Origin: a virus
Direction: 5' to 3' (one strand)
IMG/VR virus record: IMGVR_UViG_3300009678_000029
Span: 1-42,544 of that record
DNA: 42,544 nt
Position numbers and translations under genes: made by a program. Below the pieces are notes generated by a model. That model made no database searches. It worked only from the letters and a program-made list of their open reading frames with translations, and was not told where the DNA came from. Shown here in pieces: positions 1 to 6,595 of the stretch (the stretch's first letter is position 1; each line of letters opens with the position of its first letter).

Positions 1-123
1 CCCTTCGAGCCCTTCACATACGGGCACTTCCGGTAGGCGCGGTAGGACCGATCGCGCTCGTCGTACAGTCGGAACAGGTGGCGCAATGTCGGCATGTCCA
101 CCGTCTCGATGAACCACGCCATC
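1..123. repeat. Terminal direct repeat, copy 1 (identical to 42422-42544); indicates a circularly closed assembly of ~42,421 bp
   Basis: Bases 1-123 are identical to the last 123 bases of the window. Confidence 0.95.
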
Positions 124-284
124 CGCGACGCCCAGAACTCGCGCCACATCTTCCGCGTCGCAAGCGAGACCCCATCGGGCGCAACGGGAACCGTCGCAGC
201 CTTGGACGGCTTAGTCGGCGCGACTAGGTCGAGGTGGCGCCGATGCCCCTGGCGGCGCTCGGCCGCTTTCGCTAGACGGCCCAC
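1..284 (-). CDS. terS: Terminase small subunit (P27-like), N-terminal part; the ORF crosses the contig junction and continues in 42232-42544
   Basis: The frame of ORF 42232..42543 stays open upstream of its ATG (= pos 122) back to a stop at 294-296. Candidate starts are GTG 284 or ATG 149. Translation reads ...KPSKAATVPVAPDGVSLATRKMWREFWASRMAWFIETVD...; about 157 aa in total. Confidence 0.6.
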   Translation of the reverse strand, partial: MGRLAKAAERRQGHRRHLDLVAPTKPSKAATVPVAPDGVSLATRKMWREFWASRMAWFIETVDMPTLRHLFRLYDERDRSYRAYRKCPYVKGSK

Positions 285-718
285 GGAATTTCCTCATCGC
301 GGGAAATTCGCGGAGAAATTTCGGGCGCGCGCGAAGACGACCTGCAAGCGGTCTTCGAGGGGGGGGCCTGGAAGAAAACCGCATCTTCGTGCGCCTGCTT
401 GGCATTGCACGAGCGACAGAGCGACTCCCAGTTCGTGGGATCAAGCCGTCTGCTTGGCGCAATGCGGATGCTGATGATGTGGCCTACCGCTCGGGCCTTC
501 ACTTGCCCGCGTCCCTCGCGCATACACCGCGCGCAGTCAGGGTGCGCCTTCAGGAAGCCTGCGGTTGCGTGCTGCCAGTCCCTATCGTAACCACGCTGCG
601 CTGCGGTCCCTCGCTGCTGTACGTCACGCTGCGCTGCCTCCGTGGTGTGCTTAGGACAGTACTTCTCCCCCTTAGCCACGAGGGCAGGGCAACGTGGTGT
701 GAAACAGTGGTGTCTCAC
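272..718 (-). CDS. HNH endonuclease (packaging-associated type)
   Basis: 148-aa ORF with Cys pairs (CFTPRC, CPKH) and HNH core VGHIISI...NWESLCRSCNAKQ. It lies directly upstream of terS/terL, as in HK97-like cos phages. Confidence 0.85.
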   Translation of the reverse strand: MRHHCFTPRCPALVAKGEKYCPKHTTEAAQRDVQQRGTAAQRGYDRDWQHATAGFLKAHPDCARCMREGRGQVKARAVGHIISIRIAPSRRLDPTNWESLCRSCNAKQAHEDAVFFQAPPSKTACRSSSRAPEISPRISRDEEIPWAV

Positions 719-1051
719 CTATGGTCTCCGTACCGCACGGACCATGCGAGGACTGGAGGTGAGGACGTTCACGCCATCCCCAAACACCTCGTAGACCACT
801 GTCCCCACCAGTGCCAGGAGTTGGGTGCGGAGGTTATCTCCCTCAAGCACGCCGAAGTAGATGCCCGTGGTGCCGCGCTCAGCCAGCGCCACGCTCATGG
901 TGGCATGAATCGTGGCGCCCCCATCCGTGAGACTCAGACGCCCCGTGAGTCCAGCGAGGCCTGTCGCTGGCTCGAGCGCGCCGGTTGTGGCGTTCTTTCG
1001 CGTGGCCCGATACTCGAACTCCCAGTCGCTGTCGAGATAGATCGTCTTCAC
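719..1051 (-). CDS. Hypothetical protein (110 aa)
   Basis: ORF track. Its start overlaps the stop of the upstream gene (1048-1051) and its stop abuts the HNH start. No motif recognised. Confidence 0.6.
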   Translation of the reverse strand: MKTIYLDSDWEFEYRATRKNATTGALEPATGLAGLTGRLSLTDGGATIHATMSVALAERGTTGIYFGVLEGDNLRTQLLALVGTVVYEVFGDGVNVLTSSPRMVRAVRRP

Positions 1052-2037
1052 GTCGAGGCCTCCGCCAGGTCGAAGCGCGCACTCGATTCCTCTTCGACTT
1101 CCTGCTTCGCGCGCGACTCATCGTCCACGAGAAACCGCATGGTCGATTGCTCAAGCAGTCCGTAGCGCACGTCCGACTGATCGAGAACGAGGTAGCGCAG
1201 GCCGCTCTGGTCCATGACCTGCAACGGCAGGGGGATCGGCACCCCCCCATGCACGAACGTGACATCTTGGCCACTGATGATGTACGCCGCCGGCAGCGCC
1301 ACGAGGCGCCACGTCTTCCGCAATCCGGCGACGGTGCCCGTGAGGACGAAGACACCACCCGCAGCACTGATGCGCCGTGCGATGCGCAAGCCTGCGGCCG
1401 TGCCGGTGAGCGTGTACGCCGTCCCGGTGGCCACGAGGCGATGCGTCGCCCGCAGCCCTGCCGCCGTCCCCGTGATGGTGAACGCCGCCGATGCCGCACT
1501 CAGCCGCCGACCAAGCGTGAGGCTCGCGGCAGTGCCCGTGAGGACGAACGTCCCCGATGCCGCCGCGAGCGTGTACGTGCTGCCCGCCACATAGGTCAGC
1601 GTGACATCCGAGCCCGTGAGGACGTAGGTCGCACTGCCTGCACTGAGCCGGCGCCCGTACTTCAGGGCGGCTGCCGTGCCCGTGAGCACATAGGCAGCTG
1701 GGGCAGCGGTGAGCAGCCAGGTCTTCCTGAGCCCTGCCGCGGTGCCGGTGAGCACGAACGCCGCGCTCGCGGCTTGGATCTTCCTCCCGTACTCAAGGCT
1801 CGCCGCTTGCCCTGTCACCGCGTAGCTCGCGGATGCTGCAGTGATCTTACGCCCCAGCTTCAGCGCAGCGGCCGTGCCAGACATGGTGAAGGAGGCCGAC
1901 GCTGCGGTGAGGATGTAGGCAGCAGCTCCCCCTCCCGCGAATGCGAGCTCCTGATCGAAGACGCCTTGCGGGTTGATCTCCGGGTCGAAGATTCCCGCGC
2001 GCCCAACCTGTGGATCGAAGAAGCCGTAGCGCGCCAT
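1048..2037 (-). CDS. Tandem-repeat protein (about ten 22-aa units), putative fibre-like structural protein
   Basis: ORF 1048..2142; the ATG at 2037 overlaps the stop of the upstream gene (TGATG). Repeats follow A-x-A-x-[YF]-x-L-T-G-T-A-A-x-L-x-x-x-R-[RK]-[LI]-x-A, with N-terminal FDP repeats and C-terminal DQSxxRY repeats. Confidence 0.75.
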   Translation of the reverse strand: MARYGFFDPQVGRAGIFDPEINPQGVFDQELAFAGGGAAAYILTAASASFTMSGTAAALKLGRKITAASASYAVTGQAASLEYGRKIQAASAAFVLTGTAAGLRKTWLLTAAPAAYVLTGTAAALKYGRRLSAGSATYVLTGSDVTLTYVAGSTYTLAAASGTFVLTGTAASLTLGRRLSAASAAFTITGTAAGLRATHRLVATGTAYTLTGTAAGLRIARRISAAGGVFVLTGTVAGLRKTWRLVALPAAYIISGQDVTFVHGGVPIPLPLQVMDQSGLRYLVLDQSDVRYGLLEQSTMRFLVDDESRAKQEVEEESSARFDLAEAST

Positions 2038-2783
2038 CAGGTCATCCGCACGTTGGGCGGGACGTTCGAGCGGTTCTGGCGGTAGAACGGCTCCTCTTCC
2101 CCTGGCGGGGTCGTGTCCTCTTTGAGCGCCACGATGTGGCAAATCGTCGAGTGGTCCACGCTGATCGTGAACGTGGCCGCTACCGCGCCGGCCGACGCGA
2201 GTACGCGATCCTCCATCGCAAGAATCGCGTCCGGGTTGTGCCGCATCGTGTAGTTGGTGCCCGCAGCCACCGTCCCGGCCCCTGGCGTTCCCTCGGAGGT
2301 GTTCTGGTGGAACCCGACGAGCAGCTCGTTATTCTCGGCGGTCGTGATGTTCGTACTGGTCACCGCGTCCGCCCCCGTCCCCGGATTCCCAGGACCGTTG
2401 GGCCCTTGCTCATGCCCGAGCGAGGTGTCGAACGGCACAGCAGCCCCGCCGCGCCACGCGCCGGCGATGATACGCCGGAACTGCACCGCCGCCGAGAAGG
2501 TCACGGTAATGACGGGCGTCCCCGCCACCGTGACTTTACTCCGCCACGTCTGCCCCGCCTCCCCGTCGAAGTCCTCAATGATTTTGTCGCTGTTCACGCT
2601 GTAGCTGTTTCCGAGATTGTCATCGACGGTCGAAATGTTGTCCGTCCCGCCGTCGCCCCAGCCCGACATGCCGACGATCACATCGCCGACCTCGACCGCC
2701 ACGCCGAGTGTGATAGCCACCGTCCCGGCGGAGGCATCCGCTTGAAAGCTCGCGCCGCTGCTCGCGACGTAGACGTAACCCAT
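2037..2783 (-). CDS. Hypothetical protein (248 aa), beta-rich; possibly tail or fibre associated
   Basis: ORF track. Gly/Thr/Val-rich, coupled to flanking genes. Function not recognised. Confidence 0.7.
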   Translation of the reverse strand: MGYVYVASSGASFQADASAGTVAITLGVAVEVGDVIVGMSGWGDGGTDNISTVDDNLGNSYSVNSDKIIEDFDGEAGQTWRSKVTVAGTPVITVTFSAAVQFRRIIAGAWRGGAAVPFDTSLGHEQGPNGPGNPGTGADAVTSTNITTAENNELLVGFHQNTSEGTPGAGTVAAGTNYTMRHNPDAILAMEDRVLASAGAVAATFTISVDHSTICHIVALKEDTTPPGEEEPFYRQNRSNVPPNVRMT

Positions 2784-2784
2784 A

Positions 2785-3126
2785 CTAGGTCAACTCCATC
2801 ATGCCGCCCGCACAGGACCACGGCTGCGGACCGGCGACGGTGACGCGCACGAGGGCATTGACGAAGGGACGGCCCCAACCAGCGGTGAACTCCTCCCGTG
2901 TGCGCGGCTGCAGCGTCCGCTGGTTGATGCCCGGAACGCAGCCCGTTTCCCCGACGAGCTGCTTCCAGCTATTGCCGCTGTCCTGCGACACCTCCACGAG
3001 CAGCCGCATGGTGCCCACGAGGGACGCCATGTCGAGCCAGAGCGAGAGCTTCGTGAAGGGACCCGGCACGACGAAGGGGTCGAGCACCTGGGGCGTCGTG
3101 AAGGCGGGAATGGGATAGCTGGGCAT
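2785..3126 (-). CDS. Hypothetical protein (113 aa; alternative start at 3177)
   Basis: ORF 2785..3177. The internal ATG at 3126 is preceded by GGAG 7 nt upstream and avoids overlap with gene 3155..3424. Confidence 0.6.
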   Translation of the reverse strand: MPSYPIPAFTTPQVLDPFVVPGPFTKLSLWLDMASLVGTMRLLVEVSQDSGNSWKQLVGETGCVPGINQRTLQPRTREEFTAGWGRPFVNALVRVTVAGPQPWSCAGGMMELT

Positions 3127-3154
3127 CAGCAGCTCCAGTTGCCGGTCATGCCGC

Positions 3155-3424
3155 TCACACACCCACCACGTCGCCATCAGCGAACAGCACTTCGTCTACC
3201 GTAATGGGCGGATCGAGTGCGGCTGCCGCGTCTACGACTGCCTGGGCGATACGCTGGTGCCACTTCGGGTTGTGCGGGTCGATGGATGGCGCACTGGCGA
3301 ATGCGCTCACCGCGACGAAGGGCTGCCCCAGCCCGTTGGTGACCGATGCCGATGCCTGCAGTTCGTAGTCGCCGTTGGCCTGCTGTTGTAGACCGTAGAT
3401 GGATTCGACTAGCGCCTTGGACAT
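3155..3424 (-). CDS. Hypothetical protein (89 aa)
   Basis: ORF track; fits the minus-strand operon. Confidence 0.6.
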   Translation of the reverse strand: MSKALVESIYGLQQQANGDYELQASASVTNGLGQPFVAVSAFASAPSIDPHNPKWHQRIAQAVVDAAAALDPPITVDEVLFADGDVVGV

Positions 3425-3445
3425 ACGGTGGCCTTCCTCTCTGTT

Positions 3446-4711
3446 TTAAGCGTTCCAACTACCAGTCATTCCACTTTGAATGCGGAGGGCGCCGTTATCG
3501 CCGAACCACGTTGTCGTGCCCGTCGCCGTCGAGATTTCGAGCCACGCGTAGAAGTGGCGGCCGATGGTCGGCTGATGACTCAAGGTCGCATGGGCGATCT
3601 GCTGTGCCGCCACAGCGGCCGGGTTCGAGCTGGACCCAGTGATGCCGGTAAACGCGGTGGTGGAATCGAACCCGATCCCGACTTCGCGCGCCACCGTTGT
3701 GCTGGCGTTGGTGCTGGTGGCCATGAGATCGGCCATGAAGTTCTCGACCTGCAGCCCCACCATCACATCGACTTGGTAGTTGGCCGAGGCCTGCGCCTGC
3801 CGCCACGTCGCGAGCGTGTAGGCCCAGGTATTCGTGAGCGCCCGGAGGACGAACGGAAACTCGACCCGATTGTCGGCGTTCCAGAGGTCGAACTTGCAGG
3901 GGAGGTCCGAGCCGATGGTCACCCAGTGGAACGTCGTCGCCGAGCGCGGACGGCATGACCCGAGGTAGCGCCGCGTCGAGTCTCCGGACTTGACGAGCAC
4001 CCCGTCGAGCCGCACCAGGGCTGTCGCGCGCGTGGTGGCGTTCGTCCAGTTCAAGAACTCCAGCGTCACCACACCACCGGACAAGAAGCCGAAGATGTCG
4101 AACGGGAGGTCGGTCGTGCGTCCGGTCACCGCAAGGGAAATCTCCGCCGCTGGCGCGCAGTCCTGCCAGTTGTTTCCGTCGAACAGGCTGAGGTGATTGC
4201 CTTTGTGCTGGCAGAGGAAGATGTTCGACAGCGTGGTCGAGTCGGCCACCATCACCGGCGTCCCGGTCACCCCGGAAAGCCGGAAGTCATTGCGGGCGGG
4301 GTCCACGATCGGGCCACCCGAGGAGTAGACCGACCCGAGCGCCGTGTAGTGAAAGGCAACGCCCGTATCCGAGATCATCGCCGCCTCACCGGCGAGCAGC
4401 GTCACGGCGGGCATGAGCCGACGCGCGTTCGTCCCATCGTGCCGGAGCAGCTCCACCACGTTCGAGACGCTGGCGTGGACGTTGTTGATCTTGACGGCCT
4501 TGACGTTGCGAACCTTGCTGGCGGCGGGCGTGGCACAGACGTCGGTGGTGGCAGCTGTCACGATCGTCGTCGATTGCGTATCCGGCACCATGTTGCTCGT
4601 CGGGGTGATGGGGTCGTCGGTGTCGACGAAGTCCACCTCCACATCGATGTCCCCCGCCGCCGAGGTGACGAGCTGGAGCTTATCCGCTGGGCTGTTCTTG
4701 AGGTTCAGCAT
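3446..4711 (-). CDS. Hypothetical protein (421 aa), putative fibre or receptor-binding protein
   Basis: ORF track. Thr/Ser/Asn/Gly-rich, beta-type composition. Its ATG overlaps the stop of the upstream small gene. Function inferred only from composition and neighbours. Confidence 0.65.
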   Translation of the reverse strand: MLNLKNSPADKLQLVTSAAGDIDVEVDFVDTDDPITPTSNMVPDTQSTTIVTAATTDVCATPAASKVRNVKAVKINNVHASVSNVVELLRHDGTNARRLMPAVTLLAGEAAMISDTGVAFHYTALGSVYSSGGPIVDPARNDFRLSGVTGTPVMVADSTTLSNIFLCQHKGNHLSLFDGNNWQDCAPAAEISLAVTGRTTDLPFDIFGFLSGGVVTLEFLNWTNATTRATALVRLDGVLVKSGDSTRRYLGSCRPRSATTFHWVTIGSDLPCKFDLWNADNRVEFPFVLRALTNTWAYTLATWRQAQASANYQVDVMVGLQVENFMADLMATSTNASTTVAREVGIGFDSTTAFTGITGSSSNPAAVAAQQIAHATLSHQPTIGRHFYAWLEISTATGTTTWFGDNGALRIQSGMTGSWNA

Positions 4712-4917
4712 CAGCGCCGCGGCATGGCCTGGAACGTCTTCGCCAAGAGCGACCCCGGCTCACAGAACACCTTCCGGTGCCGCCGCCCGCACCGCCGGCA
4801 GGTCGCCACCTTCACATCCGGCTGGGGTTCCGTCACGTCGAGGTTCCGCACATCGGCGCAGCACTTCATGAGATCCGTGCGCTGCTTCAGATAGGCGAAG
4901 GGATGAGGTTGCCGCAT
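4711..4917 (-). CDS. Small Cys-rich protein (68 aa), zinc-ribbon-like
   Basis: The internal ATG at 4917 of ORF 4711..5046 overlaps the upstream stop (TAATG). Sequence MRQPHPFAYLKQRTDLMKCC...CRRCGRRHRKVFC. Confidence 0.55.
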   Translation of the reverse strand: MRQPHPFAYLKQRTDLMKCCADVRNLDVTEPQPDVKVATCRRCGRRHRKVFCEPGSLLAKTFQAMPRR

Positions 4918-5186
4918 TACTTCGCGGACTCTGCCGCGAGCGAGTGCGCTCCCATCCCGCGGGCCAGCGCCGCGATCTCCATGCTGATCGCGCGGAGGTT
5001 GCCCTTCTCCTCGATCGCCGCCGCACGTTGGCGCACCGCGCGCCATTTCTTCGTCGCGGCATCGACGGCTTTGTGGAGCTCGTCGGCCTCCTGCTCGAGC
5101 GGCGCGGTTTTCTTGAGGATCGCGTCCCGCTGCTTGACGAGCTCGTCGAAGCGCTTGGACAGCTCCGGATATTTGTCTCGGTTCAT
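4917..5186 (-). CDS. Coiled-coil protein (89 aa)
   Basis: The internal ATG at 5186 of ORF 4917..5285 follows the stop of gene 5198..5545. Charged heptad-like sequence MNRDKYPELSKRFDELVKQRDAILKK... Confidence 0.55.
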   Translation of the reverse strand: MNRDKYPELSKRFDELVKQRDAILKKTAPLEQEADELHKAVDAATKKWRAVRQRAAAIEEKGNLRAISMEIAALARGMGAHSLAAESAK

Positions 5187-5197
5187 AAAGTGCCCCG

Positions 5198-5545
5198 TTA
5201 CGCGAGGGTCAGGATGCTGGCGCCGAAATCGACCGTGAAGGTCTCTCCATCGAGCACTGTCACCGCGCTCCCGTAATCCCACCACAGGACGAGGGGATCC
5301 GCCGGTGAGGTCTGCGTGTCGTTGTAGAGCGGGATGTACTGCAGCGGCCCGAACGATCCACCCGACGCCGTCCAGACCACATCGACGCCCGTCAGCGTCG
5401 CCGTCCCCGTCGTCTCCGTCCAGCCGTTCTGTACGTCAGTACCCCCAGCAGGGTAGCCGTTCGCCGGCGTGATCTCGGCGAGGTCGGCCTTCACCGCATC
5501 GGCCGACGCGGACGGCACGGCGTTCGAGGCGTACACCTTGAGCAC
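5198..5545 (-). CDS. Hypothetical protein (115 aa from GTG 5545; the coding signal continues upstream, see findings)
   Basis: ORF track, GTG start. The 82 nt upstream are in-frame and show coding-like codon periodicity but have no start codon. Confidence 0.65.
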   Translation of the reverse strand: MLKVYASNAVPSASADAVKADLAEITPANGYPAGGTDVQNGWTETTGTATLTGVDVVWTASGGSFGPLQYIPLYNDTQTSPADPLVLWWDYGSAVTVLDGETFTVDFGASILTLA

Positions 5546-5627
5546 GTGCCCGGCAGCATCGAGGACATGCTTGCCGAGGCCGAGCTGCTCGACGAAATCC
5601 TGGAACTTGTTCGCGACGGCCGTATCG

Positions 5628-5846
5628 CTACCCGTCCTTTCGGATCAATCCGTCGAGGGCTTGGGCGACGACGATCTTTGGCCCGCCACCGTTCGCGGCG
5701 GCATCGTCGCGCTTGTTGGCGATGCGCTCGATCAGTCGCGTGGCTTCGGCGAGCGCACCGAGGATGAGCACCGTCTGATCGAGCGGTCCCTTGATCGCGA
5801 CGCGCCCCTGCTGGAGATCGTATTGGATGTGGAGCTCGAGAATCAT
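5628..5846 (-). CDS. Hypothetical protein (72 aa), first gene after late leader A
   Basis: ORF 5628..5867 (TTG); the ATG at 5846 is more plausible. It ends in GGG TAG next to the possible recoding site. Confidence 0.5.
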   Translation of the reverse strand: MILELHIQYDLQQGRVAIKGPLDQTVLILGALAEATRLIERIANKRDDAAANGGGPKIVVAQALDGLIRKDG

Positions 5847-5864
5847 CGCCTGATTTGCTCCGCG

Positions 5865-5910
5865 CAAAAAGAAACGAGGGGCCAGAGCGCTGACTGCGCT
5901 CCAGCCCCTC
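5865..5910 (-). terminator. Intrinsic terminator ending the early/int operon (also the hairpin of late leader A)
   Basis: Minus strand reads GAGGGGC-TG-GAGCGC-AGTCA-GCGCTC-TG-GCCCCTC, followed by GTTTCTTTTTG. Confidence 0.7.
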
Positions 5911-5966
5911 GCCGACCAGTGTGCCGACCTAGGGCCTCGTTTACTTCATGGCGTCGAATATAGCGA
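5904..5966 (-). promoter_or_regulatory. Late leader element, copy A: TCGCTATATTC box, AGGCCCTAGGTCG box, TCGGCGAGGGGC (5' arm of the hairpin)
   Basis: All three blocks recur in the same order and similar spacing at 23264-23324. TATATT is -10-like. Confidence 0.5.
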
Positions 5967-5978
5967 CTTTGCAGCGAC

Positions 5979-6206
5979 TTAGCCGAGCAGATCTCGGAGC
6001 CGGATGTCCACGATCACCTTGCAGCGAATGCAGCGGTAACTGAACAGGACCGTCTCCAACTCGTCATGGCTGAACCCGGCCTCGCGACGCCCGAGCAGGC
6101 TCGCCAGCACCGCCACGCCGGCGAGATGCCGATGCAACGGCACATGCGTGCGACCGGGGCAGCGACAACTGCGCTTGATCACGCGCGTCTCCGCGACGGC
6201 CGTCAC
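5979..6206 (-). CDS. Small zinc-ribbon-like protein (75 aa), last gene of the ATPase-nuclease cassette
   Basis: ORF track. CxC near the N-terminus (SCRCPG) and CxxC near the C-terminus (CIRCK). Start overlaps the stop of the nuclease gene. Confidence 0.55.
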   Translation of the reverse strand: MTAVAETRVIKRSCRCPGRTHVPLHRHLAGVAVLASLLGRREAGFSHDELETVLFSYRCIRCKVIVDIRLRDLLG

Positions 6207-6595
6207 CGCACCTCCAGTTGACGGGGCGTTGATGCGGTCCCGCTAGTCTCCGCGCCATGGACGGCGTGATCATCTTCGACCTGCCCGACTGGCCCGTGCA
6301 GATCGATCCAGTCCCGCAGCGACACGACGACGAGCGCATCCTGATCCAGGCACCGCGGCCGCTGCAGGATGACGACGCCGATCTTCGCCGGCGATCGCTC
6401 GGCCGCCTTCCGGCGGATCTTGTCGAGCCACTCGAGGACGTAGCCCGGGAACTGTGAGGCGCGGCTCTTCGCCTGGTAGCAGAACATGCCGTCCTCGAAG
6501 TCGGCCCCGTCCCGCTCGCCGGTGACGGGGATCCGCCGGGTCCCGAGTAGGACCGCCACGCGCCGCTCGAACGCCTTCCAGCGTGTGTCGCTCAC
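6203..6595 (-). CDS. Small PD-(D/E)XK-type nuclease, Hjc/resolvase-like (130 aa)
   Basis: Layout WKAFERRVAVLLG ... GADFEDG ... FCYQAKS ... GVVILQRP resembles the E...D...(E/Q)xK motif of archaeal-type Holliday junction resolvases. Start overlaps the ATPase stop. Confidence 0.55.
   Translation of the reverse strand: MSDTRWKAFERRVAVLLGTRRIPVTGERDGADFEDGMFCYQAKSRASQFPGYVLEWLDKIRRKAAERSPAKIGVVILQRPRCLDQDALVVVSLRDWIDLHGPVGQVEDDHAVHGAETSGTASTPRQLEVR

Noticed and set aside
94-474. 126-aa plus-strand ORF at the window start
   Set aside because: It is antisense to the terS N-terminus and the HNH C-terminus, with an Arg/Ala-rich translation.
1246-1929. CRISPR-like array (66-bp repeats here, 15-bp repeats at 12070-12114)
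   Set aside because: The repeats are contiguous with no spacers, diverged, and in frame within coding sequence. No cas genes are present.
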